From positions 1,220 to 40,393 of the forward strand of contig CAZKQD010000001.1 of NCBI GenBank assembly GCA_964554835.1: 39,174 nt of DNA. Reading direction: 5' to 3'. Shown piece after piece: positions 9,007-19,007 of this stretch. The position numbers and the translations under genes are program-made. Source of the stretch: an uncultured Planctomycetia bacterium. GTDB lineage: Bacteria > Omnitrophota > Gorgyraeia > JAGLLT01 > CAZKQD01. Position 1 is the first letter of the stretch. The number at the start of each line of letters is the position of its first letter. The notes under the pieces were generated by a model. The model was given only the letters and a program-made list of their open reading frames with translations, searched no databases and was not told where the DNA came from.

Positions 9007-10017
9007 TTATTTTTTCCTGCCGAGGTCTTTAGAAGGTTTGGCAAAAATCATCTTTCCTGCAGTAGTCTGTAAAACACTTGTTACAGCAACATCTAATCTT
9101 TTGCCAATTAGGTGCCTGACATTGTCTACAACAATCATAGTTCCATCGTCTAAATAGGCAATACCCTGATTTTGTTCAGAACCCTCTTTTACAATTTTTA
9201 CCTCTAATCTCTCACCGGGTAAGAATACTGGCTTTAAAGAATTAGCTAATTCATTTATGTTTAAAACAGATACTCCCTGGATGCCAGCTACTTTATTTAA
9301 ATTATAATCATTGGTTATAATTTTTGCGTCTATGACCTTTGCAAGTTTAACAAGCTTTGCATCAACCTCTTTGATTTCTGGGAAATCTTGCTGATGAATC
9401 TTCATTTGTATCCCTGGCATTCTTTTAAGTTTATCCAGAATATCTAATCCTCTTCTTCCTCTTGCTCTTTTTAGTGAATCAGAAGAATCCGCTATATATT
9501 GTAATTCCCTTAGCACAAAATGAGGAATAATAAATTTACCTTCAATAAATTTAGTTTGTGCAATATCTGCAATCCTTCCATCAATAATAACTGAGGTATC
9601 TAAAATGATTATAGTCTCTTGCTGATCCTGCCGACTTAATCTTACATAGGGTATAATAATATTAAATTCATCTTTCCCTCGCATTGCAAGTATTACACCA
9701 AAATAGCAAAGAATAGCAGTCATAATAAGTCCTGCTATATCTTTAGTCTGCTGACTCAAGGTAGGAATAACTGCTAATAAATTCCTGATAAACCAAGCAA
9801 GAAGCAATCCTAAAACCAGACCAAATACTACAGAGGAAAGACCTCTTAAAGAAGCATTTCTTGATAGATGTTCAATAATAATAATTATTATCGCAGCTAA
9901 AATTCCTAATACCAAACCTATAAGTACTTTATCCGGGGGTCCTACACTAAAAGCCGTATACCATCCAACGATTCCACCTACTATTATAAATAATAGTCTT
10001 ATAAATAATATGGTCAT
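9007..10017 (-). CDS. yacL: Membrane-anchored PIN + TRAM domain protein (YacL-like)
   Basis: Four N-terminal hydrophobic helices. PIN-like core ([13 protein letters not shown]...[12 protein letters not shown]). C-terminal TRAM-like beta domain ([12 protein letters not shown]...[13 protein letters not shown]). Same position as Bacillus yacL, between radA and ispD. Confidence 0.75.
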   Translation of the reverse strand: MTILFIRLLFIIVGGIVGWYTAFSVGPPDKVLIGLVLGILAAIIIIIIEHLSRNASLRGLSSVVFGLVLGLLLAWFIRNLLAVIPTLSQQTKDIAGLIMTAILCYFGVILAMRGKDEFNIIIPYVRLSRQDQQETIIILDTSVIIDGRIADIAQTKFIEGKFIIPHFVLRELQYIADSSDSLKRARGRRGLDILDKLKRMPGIQMKIHQQDFPEIKEVDAKLVKLAKVIDAKIITNDYNLNKVAGIQGVSVLNINELANSLKPVFLPGERLEVKIVKEGSEQNQGIAYLDDGTMIVVDNVRHLIGKRLDVAVTSVLQTTAGKMIFAKPSKDLGRKK

Positions 10018-10039
10018 TATCCTAAATTCACCTCCTTAT

Positions 10040-11410
10040 TCACTTTTTTAATACTTCTATTAAAGCTGAATAGACTGTATTTACAGGCTTTATTTCTATA
10101 TTATCATTCTTTTTAAAACTTAAACCTTTCATATTGCCTGAAGGAACAACGCATCTCTTAAAACCTAATCTTTTTGCCTCTTCCATTCTTTTGCTGGCTT
10201 GTGTTACCGCTCTAATCTCACCCCCCAAACCAACTTCTCCAAAAACTATTATATCTTTGCTTACTGGAATATTCTTTAAGCTTGAAGTTATAGCTACAAC
10301 AACTGCCAAATCAGTTGCAGGTTCAACAACCCTAACCCCTCCTGCTACATTAACAAATACGTCTTTGTCGGATAATTTAAGCTTAGCTCTCTTTTCTAAA
10401 ACCGCGAGCAACAAATTCATTTTATTATAATCAAGACCTGTTGTCCGACGAGTGGGTTGAGAATAACCTGAATACGAAACTAATGCCTGTATCTCAACTA
10501 AAATCGGTCTTGTTCCCTCTAAAGTTGGCACAACCACCGAACCCGAGGTATCTATAGGTCTCTCAGATAAAAATATATCTGAGGGGTTCTTTACTTCCCT
10601 TAAACCGCTTTCTGTCATCTCAAATATGCCGACTTCATTAGTGGAACCAAATCTATTTTTTACTGCTCGTAAAATACGATAGTTATGATGCCTGTCTCCT
10701 TCGAAATACAAAACAGTATCTACGGTGTGCTCAAGCACTTTAGGTCCAGCTATTGCTCCTTCTTTGGTAACATGCCCAATCAAAAATAGCGAGAAATTCT
10801 TAACCTTTGCTAAATTGGTAAGTTCGCCGGCGCACTCCCTAACCTGAGAGATATTCCCCGGTGTTGAATTTAGCTCAGGTCGATAAATAGCTTGAATTGA
10901 ATCAATTATTACTATTTCTGGCAATAACTTGTCTATATACTCAAGAATAACGTTTAAATCTGTCTGGTTTACTATAAATAAATTTTTGAAATTGGCTCCT
11001 AATCTATTAGCTCTAATTTTAATTTGCTTTACTGATTCCTCGGCACTTATATAAAGAACTTTAGTATTCTTTTTACAATACTGACTCCCCACTTGTAAAA
11101 GTAAGGTGGATTTACCTATGCCAGGCTCACCTCCAACAAGAACAACAGAACCTTTAACCAAGCCTCCTCCTAAAATTCTATCGTACTCTTCTATGCCAGA
11201 AGTAGACCTTCCTTCTTCAACTAATTCAATATCAGTTATGGACTTGGGCATCTCTTTAGAAGTCGCTCTTATCTTCCTCGTTCTTGATTCCTTATAAGAG
11301 AGTTCCTCAATCATAGTATTCCATTGATTACACCCCGGACATTTTCCTAGCCATTTAGGAGACTGATACCCGCATTCTTGGCAGGTATAAATTGTCTTTG
11401 TTTTATTCAT
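10040..11410 (-). CDS. radA: DNA repair protein RadA/Sms
   Basis: N-terminal zinc finger CQECGYQSPKWLGKCPGC, Walker A GGEPGIGKST, RadA-specific KNRFG motif, Lon-protease-like C-terminal domain. Confidence 0.95.
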   Translation of the reverse strand: MNKTKTIYTCQECGYQSPKWLGKCPGCNQWNTMIEELSYKESRTRKIRATSKEMPKSITDIELVEEGRSTSGIEEYDRILGGGLVKGSVVLVGGEPGIGKSTLLLQVGSQYCKKNTKVLYISAEESVKQIKIRANRLGANFKNLFIVNQTDLNVILEYIDKLLPEIVIIDSIQAIYRPELNSTPGNISQVRECAGELTNLAKVKNFSLFLIGHVTKEGAIAGPKVLEHTVDTVLYFEGDRHHNYRILRAVKNRFGSTNEVGIFEMTESGLREVKNPSDIFLSERPIDTSGSVVVPTLEGTRPILVEIQALVSYSGYSQPTRRTTGLDYNKMNLLLAVLEKRAKLKLSDKDVFVNVAGGVRVVEPATDLAVVVAITSSLKNIPVSKDIIVFGEVGLGGEIRAVTQASKRMEEAKRLGFKRCVVPSGNMKGLSFKKNDNIEIKPVNTVYSALIEVLKK

Positions 11411-12096
11411 TGAGAACCCTTCTGAATTATAAAACCTCTTTTCTCTTCCTTATTTTTATCCTCGTTCTTTTCTCGTGTTTGTATTAGGAGTTTCCATGGA
11501 TACTTTCTAATATCAGCAGCAAGCTCATTGAGATTTTCACTAGCCTCTTTTATATTTCCTAAGGTCTGTCTAAAATCGTTTCTGACTTTCTTATCTCCTA
11601 AGATATCATTTATATAAAATACAGCTTTTTTTATCTCATTACTTGCAAGATAGATCTCTTCTGTAACATCCTCTATACTGATTGGATCCTGTCCATATAA
11701 AATATTACCTTTTTCTAAAAATCTAACTTCGGGATCGCCTGGAGTCAGACCTACATACTTTTCACCCATGAGGCCAAGTCTTTTAACTTTGGCAGTTGTG
11801 TCTTCTCCTATCTTCGTTCCTTCTTTAATCCACAATAATAACTCTATCTGCATTTTTTTTAGTCTTTCGTTATAAATGAAATCTATAGACTTTACCTCGC
11901 CAATTTCAACCCCTAACAAATTTACAGGGGCGCCAACTTCTAAACCACTTATGTCATTAAATCTCAATTTGATAGTATATCCTCGCTTTAAGACTTTGAT
12001 ATCGCCAATCGAAAAAACTATAATACTTAGGATAATTACAGCCACTAAGACGAATATCCCAACTTTTACTTCTAATTCTTCTCTAAAAGCCATCAT
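11407..12096 (-). CDS. mlaD: MCE/MlaD-family lipid-transport substrate-binding protein
   Basis: Single N-terminal TM (VGIFVLVAVIILSIIVFSIG) followed by an MCE fold signature (GLEVGAPVNLLGVEIGEVKSI). Directly downstream of mlaF; 4-nt overlap with radA. Confidence 0.75.
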   Translation of the reverse strand: MMAFREELEVKVGIFVLVAVIILSIIVFSIGDIKVLKRGYTIKLRFNDISGLEVGAPVNLLGVEIGEVKSIDFIYNERLKKMQIELLLWIKEGTKIGEDTTAKVKRLGLMGEKYVGLTPGDPEVRFLEKGNILYGQDPISIEDVTEEIYLASNEIKKAVFYINDILGDKKVRNDFRQTLGNIKEASENLNELAADIRKYPWKLLIQTREKNEDKNKEEKRGFIIQKGSQ

Positions 12097-12126
12097 AACC
12101 TCCTTAATTTTATAAGAGGTGGAACT

Positions 12127-12894
12127 CTATTTAAATTTAAAAGTTTTTCCTTCTGTTATAGGACCATCTGCTTCTCCATTTATAAACTGACGAATAAAAG
12201 GATTTTTTGACCTTTTAATCTTTTCTGCTTCATCTACTGCTATAATTTTACCCTTATAAAGCATAGCAATTCTATCTGCAATCTTATATGCACTATTCAT
12301 ATCATGAGTAACAGCAATAGCGGTAACATTTAACTTATCATGCAAAGAAATAACTAAACTATTTATAGCATCTCCCATAATGGGGTCAACTCCGGTTGTA
12401 GGCTCATCATATAAAATTATCTCTAAACCTTGTGAGCAAATAGCTCTAGCTAAACCTACCCTTTTTCTCATTCCTCCAGATAATGCAGAGGGCATAAGAC
12501 TCTCAATGTTGCTCAATCCAACCATATTAAGTGAACTCTTTATTCGTTTTTTGATTTCTTCCTCTGGCAAATCAGTGTGCTCTCTTAATAAGAACCCCAC
12601 ATTTTCACCAACAGTTAAAGAATCAAAGAGGGCCGCCCCTTGAAAAAGCATTCCGATTCTTAATCTCATTTTATTTAATACTTCTCCTTCGAGTTTAGCA
12701 ACATCCTCTCCATCTATTATTATCTGTCCGTTATCCGGCTTCATTACTCCTATAATGTGTTTTAATAAAACGCTTTTACCACAGCCGGAACGCCCAATTA
12801 CAACCAATGTCTCACCCTTCTTAACACTAAGAGAAAGACCGTCTAGAACTTTATGACCTCCAAAAGACTTGTGTAAATTTTTTATCTCAATCAT
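12127..12894 (-). CDS. mlaF: ABC transporter ATP-binding protein, MlaF-like
   Basis: Walker A GRSGCGKS, ABC signature LSGGMRKRVGLAR, Walker B ILYDEPT; flanked by mlaE and mlaD homologues. Confidence 0.85.
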   Translation of the reverse strand: MIEIKNLHKSFGGHKVLDGLSLSVKKGETLVVIGRSGCGKSVLLKHIIGVMKPDNGQIIIDGEDVAKLEGEVLNKMRLRIGMLFQGAALFDSLTVGENVGFLLREHTDLPEEEIKKRIKSSLNMVGLSNIESLMPSALSGGMRKRVGLARAICSQGLEIILYDEPTTGVDPIMGDAINSLVISLHDKLNVTAIAVTHDMNSAYKIADRIAMLYKGKIIAVDEAEKIKRSKNPFIRQFINGEADGPITEGKTFKFK

Positions 12895-12903
12895 TGATTT
12901 CTC

Positions 12904-13671
12904 TTATTCAAATACAAAATAAAATAATACAGTAAAGAAACAATCAGAGGCAATAATTAATATAAATGATATAACCACTGATAAAGTAGTAGATTTTCCT
13001 ACGCCTTCAGCGCCACCCTGTGTCCGCATGCCTTCATAGCAGGAGACAATAGCGATTATCATAGCAAAGAATAAAGACTTAATAAGTCCTGTAAACACAT
13101 CCTTATACACCAAGGCATCAAAGGTAAGGTTCTGGTACATAGTTGAGCCTATCCCAAGTTTCCAGATACCAACCAAATAGCCACCTAACATCCCAATAAA
13201 ATCACCATAGATGGTCAATACTGGAAGAGCAATAACCAAAGCCAAAAATCTTGGAACAACCAAGTATCTTACTGGATCAGTAGCTAAACTTTCTAAAGCA
13301 TCTAACTGCTCTGTAACTTTCATTGTTCCAATTTCCGCGGTCATTGATGCGCCGACGCGTCCCGCAATTATTAAGGCAATTAAAACCGGGCCCAATTCTC
13401 TTGTCATAGATAGAGCTACCATGCCAGGAATTAAATTTTCTAATTCAAACTGTTTAAATGCATAGGCACTCTGGAGAGCTAAAACAATGCCGGTAAATAA
13501 AGTAATTAAGAACACTATCAATATACTGTTTGCGCCGACTTTATTTAACTGATCAATAAAATGTTCTCTTTTTGTAAATCTCTTAACGCTGTATTTTAAG
13601 GTCATTGCAAAAAGAAGAAATAATCCTCCCAAATACTGCAAAATCGAAAATGTTCTCATGCCTAATTTCAT
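12904..13671 (-). CDS. mlaE: ABC transporter permease, MlaE-like (start ambiguous: 13743 GTG, 13737, 13671 or 13659)
   Basis: Polytopic membrane protein with MlaE-like segments (MTRELGPVLIALIIAGRVGASMTAEIGTMKVTEQLDALE). The longest ORF overlaps the upstream gene by 47 nt. The ATG at 13671 removes the overlap and gives a typical length of about 255 aa. Confidence 0.8.
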   Translation of the reverse strand: MKLGMRTFSILQYLGGLFLLFAMTLKYSVKRFTKREHFIDQLNKVGANSILIVFLITLFTGIVLALQSAYAFKQFELENLIPGMVALSMTRELGPVLIALIIAGRVGASMTAEIGTMKVTEQLDALESLATDPVRYLVVPRFLALVIALPVLTIYGDFIGMLGGYLVGIWKLGIGSTMYQNLTFDALVYKDVFTGLIKSLFFAMIIAIVSCYEGMRTQGGAEGVGKSTTLSVVISFILIIASDCFFTVLFYFVFE

Positions 13672-13696
13672 AAGACCAAACTCAAATTTCTTGCGG

Positions 13697-15310
13697 TTAA
13701 AATTCGATTTTATTCTCAAGTCCAAAAAATTCTTCATTTTCACGTAACCTCATCTTAAGATTTTTATTATCTAAAATTTCATACTTTAATTCTATCTCAT
13801 CTTTGTTCTTCTCTTTGTATGAAGTTTCATCTTCTATATACGTTTTATATAAAAGACTTATGTTTTCAGCAATAGATTTTTTCAAGTTTACCTCTGAATC
13901 TGCTCTTTTTTTAGTAATATCCCAACCCTCCCAGACAATAGTTTCTCTATTTGATTTAATTATTAAATCTTCTATCATATTCTTTGTAGTAATTTTTCTT
14001 AAATCTACATACCCTTCTACAATGAAATAACCTTCATCTAAATTAATTCTGGAATTTTTAACCATAAGTATGGGATAGCTACCTTCTAAATTAAGATTAA
14101 TAGATTTAAACTGTGTATCCTGCAGGTTGCCTTCTGAGGAGGTAAGATGAATTAAGATGTCAGGTTTCTCTAAATCACCTTTAATATCAATCATAGAGTT
14201 AATGGTAGAAGAAAAATCAAAATTATCGGGGATAGCATAAAATTTTGACGCATCTTCTATTTTTACATCATCAACTTCAATGTTTAAATCAATAGTCTCA
14301 GGTTCTTTAAAAGAAATCAAACCCATTGTTTTATAATTATCTCCCATGCTTAATTCATTTATTCTGAGTATGCCATTACTATAAGTAAATGAACCTTTAA
14401 TGTTTTCTATTGGCTTATAATTTAAAATAAAGATATGTGTTTTAAAACCTCCTTCAATGTTTTTAAACTTATTATTTTTTGTTTTATTGATTTTTATATC
14501 TGAGACAACACTTAAGACTATATCCTGATTTTTAACTTTTAAATGATTAATATCAACCATTGTTTTAAAATGCATATCGTCTACGAGGTTAACGGATATT
14601 TGTATCTTTTTTTCATCCCCTAAGTAAGTTGTAAATTTAGCTTTATCTGAGACTAAATCAATTTCTCCTTTAGTTAAATATTCATCCTGCAAATAAAGAT
14701 TATCAAAAAGATTTAAAGCGCCCGTAATTTCAGGATGCTCTTTTGTGCCTCCTATCGCAAATTGGCCGTTTATTAACCGAGAATTAATACTTAAGTCCAT
14801 ATCAAAAGACGGATTATTATAAATATTACAAATTTTACCTTTAAGATAATAATTTCTATTTGCTGAATTTATATATAGTCTTTCTTTGTTTTTATTGAAA
14901 ATTAGTCTACCGCTTTGATTTTCTATCTTTGGTCCCAGGCTACCCAATGGATATAAATCAGCATCATAGAACTCCAAAGTTAAATCTGTAAACAGATGAC
15001 TTTTAATAAAAAAAAGATTCCACAGTTTCTTGTTTAACTTAATAACTTTGGCTGTAAAAAGAGGTTCAGTTCCTTTTTTGCTGTAAGTAATTTTTATATT
15101 TCGTAATATAATAGGGCGAAATATACCACCTCTAATACTTTCAATCTTCACATTGCGATTCAGGGTTTTTTCTGCTTCTTTTTCTAAAAGATATTCAAAA
15201 TCTTTAATCAATTGTTGCTTTCTTGATACAAAATAAACACCTAAAGTTGTAATTAAGAGTAAAAATAAAACTAATTTTACTGATGTTCTATATCTATATA
15301 TAGATTTCAT
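13697..15310 (-). CDS. Membrane-anchored beta-rich protein, possible small TamB/AsmA-like lipid-transfer protein
   Basis: N-terminal TM anchor (VKLVLFLLLITTLGVYFV). AsmA/TamB-like start (NRNVKIESIRGGIFRPIILRNIKI). Recurrent G-x-x-x-x-P-[ED]-I motifs (GGTKEHPEITGALNL, IKGDLEKPDILIHLTSSEG). Assignment is by pattern only. Confidence 0.4.
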   Translation of the reverse strand: MKSIYRYRTSVKLVLFLLLITTLGVYFVSRKQQLIKDFEYLLEKEAEKTLNRNVKIESIRGGIFRPIILRNIKITYSKKGTEPLFTAKVIKLNKKLWNLFFIKSHLFTDLTLEFYDADLYPLGSLGPKIENQSGRLIFNKNKERLYINSANRNYYLKGKICNIYNNPSFDMDLSINSRLINGQFAIGGTKEHPEITGALNLFDNLYLQDEYLTKGEIDLVSDKAKFTTYLGDEKKIQISVNLVDDMHFKTMVDINHLKVKNQDIVLSVVSDIKINKTKNNKFKNIEGGFKTHIFILNYKPIENIKGSFTYSNGILRINELSMGDNYKTMGLISFKEPETIDLNIEVDDVKIEDASKFYAIPDNFDFSSTINSMIDIKGDLEKPDILIHLTSSEGNLQDTQFKSINLNLEGSYPILMVKNSRINLDEGYFIVEGYVDLRKITTKNMIEDLIIKSNRETIVWEGWDITKKRADSEVNLKKSIAENISLLYKTYIEDETSYKEKNKDEIELKYEILDNKNLKMRLRENEEFFGLENKIEF

Positions 15311-15319
15311 TTATAGGAT

Positions 15320-17776
15320 TTACTTAGATTTGCCTTCAAACACAAGATGGTCTTGTTTTCTTTTTATTAAGATAGCCTGGTCTTTCTTAATTTCACCTTT
15401 GAGGAGTGCTTGAGCAAGTGGATCTTCTAAATGCCGGGATATTGTTCTCTTAAGAGGTCTTGCTCCAAATGTTGGATCAAAGCCTTCATTAATAAGGAAG
15501 ACTTTTGCTTCCTTTGTGAGTTCTATCGTAACACCTTGTTCTCTTAAGCGTTCTTTTACCTCCCCAATTTCAATTTCAACTATTTTTTCTAAATTTTCTC
15601 TACTTAATGCGCGAAAGACTATAACATCGTCTATTCTATTGAGGAACTCGGGCTTAAAGGTTTTCTTGACTTCATCCATTAACTTCTCTTTCATCTCCTC
15701 GTAAGTCAAATCTTCACTTTGAGCCTTAAAGCCTAATGAGCCGCGTCTTCTTATTAAATCTGCTCCCACATTAGAGGTCATAATTAGTATAGTATTTTTA
15801 AAATCGACCTGTCTTCCGAAACTATCAGTTAATCTTCCATCTTCTAAAACTTGTAATAACATATTAAAAATATCCGGATGGGCTTTCTCTATTTCATCTA
15901 AAAGGATAACCGAATAAGGTTTTCTTCTTACTCTCTCGGTCAACTGACCCCCCTCTTCATATCCAACATATCCTGGAGGAGCGCCCACCAATCTTGATAC
16001 ATTAAACTTTTCCATATATTCTGACATATCCAGTTGAATTATAGTGTCCTCATCACCGAACATAAAATCAGCTAATGCTCTTGCAAGTAAAGTCTTACCG
16101 ACTCCTGTTGGTCCTAAAAAGATAAATGAGCCAACCGGCCTCTTTGGATTTTTTAGTCCTGTTCTTGAACGTCTGACCGCATTGGCGATAACTGAAACAG
16201 CCTCATCCTGACCGATAACCCTTTTATGAATCTCTTCCTCCATCTTGAGTAATCTTTCAGATTCTTTCTCTTCTAATCTTATTACGGGTATGCCAGTCCA
16301 GCTGGCTACAATTCCCGCTACATCTTCTTCGCCAATCTCAATTTTTTTATCAATATGTTTCTTGCGCCATTCTTCTTTTGCCTTTTCTAGATTTTCCTTG
16401 GCTTTACGTTCCTCATCCCTCAACTTAGCAGCTTTTTCAAAATCTTGATTATTAACTGCTTGTTCTTTCTGTTTACTAATTCTTTTAACTTCGTTCTCCT
16501 GTTTTTTTAAATCAGGCGGTGCTGTCATTGTAGAAAGACGAGCTTTAGAGCAGGACTCATCAATAACGTCAATAGCCTTATCGGGTAAGAACCTTCCGCT
16601 TATATACCTATCTGAGAGTCTTGCGGCTGCCTCAATAGCATCATCTGTAATCTTTACTCTGTGGTGAGCCTCATAGCGCTCTCTTAAGCCCTTTAAAATA
16701 TCAATTGTTTCTTTTGCTGTTGGAGCATCCACCATAATTGTCTGAAATCGTCTTTCTAACGCGGCATCTTTTTCGACGTTTTTGCGATATTCATCTAAAG
16801 TGGTTGCGCCTATACATTGAATTTCACCCCTAGCCAGTGCTGGCTTAAGAATATTGGATGCATCAATTGCGCCCTCTGCACCCCCTGCCCCCACTAAGGT
16901 ATGCAATTCATCAATGAAAATAATAATATCCTCTGCCCTCTTAATTTCATCTAAGACAGCCTTTATTCTCTCTTCAAACTGACCTCGGTATTTGGTGCCT
17001 GCTACCATAGACGCCAAATCTAAAATTACAACTCTTTTGTCTCTTAAAATTTCAGGGATATCGCCTTTGACTATCTTCTGGGCCAATCCCTCAACAATAG
17101 CAGTTTTGCCTACTCCTGCTTCACCTAAAAGAACAGGATTATTCTTGGTTCTTCTACTTAATATCTGGATTACTCTGTTAATCTCGTTTTTTCTGCCGAT
17201 AACAGGGTCTAACTTATTCTCTTTGGCTAATTTGGTTAGATCTCTTCCAAATGCATCTAATGCAGGTGTTTTTGTCTTTGTTATTGTTTTGGCCTTTGGA
17301 ACGTTAGGAATAAATCCTGTAAAACCAGGCGTAGCTGAACCCAAGAGCCTCATAACTTCTTTTCTAACTTTATCTAAGTCTAAACCTAAATTAAGGAGAA
17401 CCTGAGAGGCAACACCTTCTCCTTCTGCTATTAAACCCAGAAGAAGATGCTCTGTGCCTATATAATTGTGGCCTAGAGATCTAGCCTCTTCCATTGCTAA
17501 CTCAATCACTTTCTTAGCCCTTGATGTAAATGGTATATCGCCCTCTATTTTAGTTGGAGGCCCAGGTTTTACTAATTTTTCTATCTCAAGACGAATCTTA
17601 TTTAAGCTTAAACCTAAACTCTTTAATACTGCGGCAGCAACACCCTTTCCTTCCTTTAATAAACCTAAAAGTATATGCTCTGTACCTATATAGTCATGAT
17701 TAAACTTCTTTGCTTCTTCTTTAGCTAGAAGTATTACCTTTCTTGCGCGTTCTGTGAATCGTTCAAACGTAGCCAT
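15320..17776 (-). CDS. clpC: ATP-dependent Clp protease ATP-binding subunit ClpC
   Basis: Duplicated Clp_N repeat (IGTEHILLGLL / IGTEHLLLGLI). Two AAA+ modules (GEAGVGKT, GPTGVGKT). UVR-like linker (FEKAAKLRDEERKAKE). SD GGAGG upstream of the ATG. Confidence 0.95.
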   Translation of the reverse strand: MATFERFTERARKVILLAKEEAKKFNHDYIGTEHILLGLLKEGKGVAAAVLKSLGLSLNKIRLEIEKLVKPGPPTKIEGDIPFTSRAKKVIELAMEEARSLGHNYIGTEHLLLGLIAEGEGVASQVLLNLGLDLDKVRKEVMRLLGSATPGFTGFIPNVPKAKTITKTKTPALDAFGRDLTKLAKENKLDPVIGRKNEINRVIQILSRRTKNNPVLLGEAGVGKTAIVEGLAQKIVKGDIPEILRDKRVVILDLASMVAGTKYRGQFEERIKAVLDEIKRAEDIIIFIDELHTLVGAGGAEGAIDASNILKPALARGEIQCIGATTLDEYRKNVEKDAALERRFQTIMVDAPTAKETIDILKGLRERYEAHHRVKITDDAIEAAARLSDRYISGRFLPDKAIDVIDESCSKARLSTMTAPPDLKKQENEVKRISKQKEQAVNNQDFEKAAKLRDEERKAKENLEKAKEEWRKKHIDKKIEIGEEDVAGIVASWTGIPVIRLEEKESERLLKMEEEIHKRVIGQDEAVSVIANAVRRSRTGLKNPKRPVGSFIFLGPTGVGKTLLARALADFMFGDEDTIIQLDMSEYMEKFNVSRLVGAPPGYVGYEEGGQLTERVRRKPYSVILLDEIEKAHPDIFNMLLQVLEDGRLTDSFGRQVDFKNTILIMTSNVGADLIRRRGSLGFKAQSEDLTYEEMKEKLMDEVKKTFKPEFLNRIDDVIVFRALSRENLEKIVEIEIGEVKERLREQGVTIELTKEAKVFLINEGFDPTFGARPLKRTISRHLEDPLAQALLKGEIKKDQAILIKRKQDHLVFEGKSK

Positions 17777-17799
17777 AATTCAAAACCTCCATATTTAAA

Positions 17800-17830
17800 C
17801 AGAAGTCAGACGACAGATGTCAGAAGTCTG
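17800..17830. repeat. Direct repeat CAGAAGTC(A/T)G x2 spaced 21 bp, immediately upstream of the clpC SD
   Basis: CAGAAGTCAG at 17800..17809 and CAGAAGTCTG at 17821..17830. GTCAGA also recurs at 17805 and 17819. Confidence 0.5.
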
Positions 17831-17861
17831 TTTTTATTATTTTTGCTTCTTTATTTTTACA

Positions 17862-17934
17862 CTTAATCCTTAATCCTGTCCTCTCTTTTCTGCCTTTTTA
17901 TTTATGACTTAGGACTTAGGATTTAGGATTTTTT
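17862..17934. repeat. Heptamer tandem repeats forming an imperfect long hairpin in the mcsB-clpC spacer
   Basis: CTTAATC CTTAATC CTGTCC (17862..17881) is complementary to GGACTTAG GATTTAG GATT (17912..17930). That is about 16 bp with one mismatch and a 2-nt bulge, and a 30-nt loop. GACTTAG/GACTTAG/GATTTAG are tandem heptamers. A T6 run follows on the plus strand. Confidence 0.6.
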
Positions 17935-17937
17935 CTG

Positions 17938-18987
17938 TTATGCCTTTAGCTTGTCTCTAATGAGTTCTGCTCTTTTAAAATCACGTTGATTTGCATCTAA
18001 AATTTTGTTTTCAATTTTTTGCAAGTGAGCCGGTTGAATAATAATAAACAGCTCATTTATTGTCTTTATACTAATATTATCTAAGATTTTAAGATTTATT
18101 CCCAGCCTTACCAAAGAAAGTAAATCTATTGTTTCTTTACTTGAGATAATACGAGCATTGTGTAATGTCCCATAAGCGCGCCAGATTTTATTCTCAATCT
18201 CTCCTTTTCCATCAGAAACTAAAGAGTCTCTCGCTTTCTTCTCATAACCAATAACCTGTTTGATAACTCTCGATAGGTTATCTACTAAATCCTGCTCAGA
18301 ATGACCCAATGTGGCCTGATTAGAAATCTGGAAAAGATTGCCTGAGGCCTCAGTCCCTTCTCCATATAAGCCCCTTACAGCCAAATTCAATTTAGATATG
18401 GTTTGTAAAACCCGATTAATTTGTTTTGTCATAACCAAAGCTGGCAAATGAAGCATAATAGAAGCTCTCATTCCAGTGCCCACATTAGTAGGACAGGCAG
18501 TCAAATATCCCCATCTACCATCATATGCGAATTTAAGTTTTGAGCCTAGAGATGAGTCTAATCTTTCGATTAGCCCGAGTGCTTCTTCTAAATTAAAACC
18601 AGACTGTATAACTTGAATCCTTAAATGATCTTCTTCATTAATCATACAGGCGAATATTTCTTTATCACTTATATTAACTGCTTTTGAATCAGAGCTCACT
18701 GCAAGCTCACGGCTAATTAAGTGTCTTTCAATCAGAAACTGCTTATCAACGGAAGTAAGATCTTCCATCTGCAAAAATAGTGAATTTTTCAAAAAGTCTA
18801 TTCTATCTAAGACAGATTTAATTGTAGATAATATCCTCTCTTTCTGTTCTTGGTTAGCCCAGTGAGAAAATGGTATATCTTCTAAGTTGCGAGCAAACCT
18901 TATGCGAGAACTCATAACTATCTCAGATTCAGGGCCACTACCTTTTATCCATTCACTTGTTTGCTTTATTAAATCATTTAACTTCAC
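17938..18987 (-). CDS. mcsB: Protein arginine kinase McsB
   Basis: ATP:guanido phosphotransferase signatures MINEEDHLRIQV and CPTNVGTGMRASIMLHLPAL; GTG start; located between mcsA and clpC. Confidence 0.9.
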   Translation of the reverse strand: MKLNDLIKQTSEWIKGSGPESEIVMSSRIRFARNLEDIPFSHWANQEQKERILSTIKSVLDRIDFLKNSLFLQMEDLTSVDKQFLIERHLISRELAVSSDSKAVNISDKEIFACMINEEDHLRIQVIQSGFNLEEALGLIERLDSSLGSKLKFAYDGRWGYLTACPTNVGTGMRASIMLHLPALVMTKQINRVLQTISKLNLAVRGLYGEGTEASGNLFQISNQATLGHSEQDLVDNLSRVIKQVIGYEKKARDSLVSDGKGEIENKIWRAYGTLHNARIISSKETIDLLSLVRLGINLKILDNISIKTINELFIIIQPAHLQKIENKILDANQRDFKRAELIRDKLKA

Positions 18988-19007
18988 TATTTGTCTTCCT
19001 TATTTTT

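Noticed and set aside
17800-17830. Possible CtsR operator upstream of clpC (GTCAGA direct repeats).
   Set aside because: The CtsR box is a heptad direct repeat (A/G)GTCAAA spaced by 3 nt. Here the sequence is GTCAGA(C/A) with a different spacing (14-21 nt), and no ctsR gene precedes mcsA. I kept it only as a generic candidate operator in the findings.
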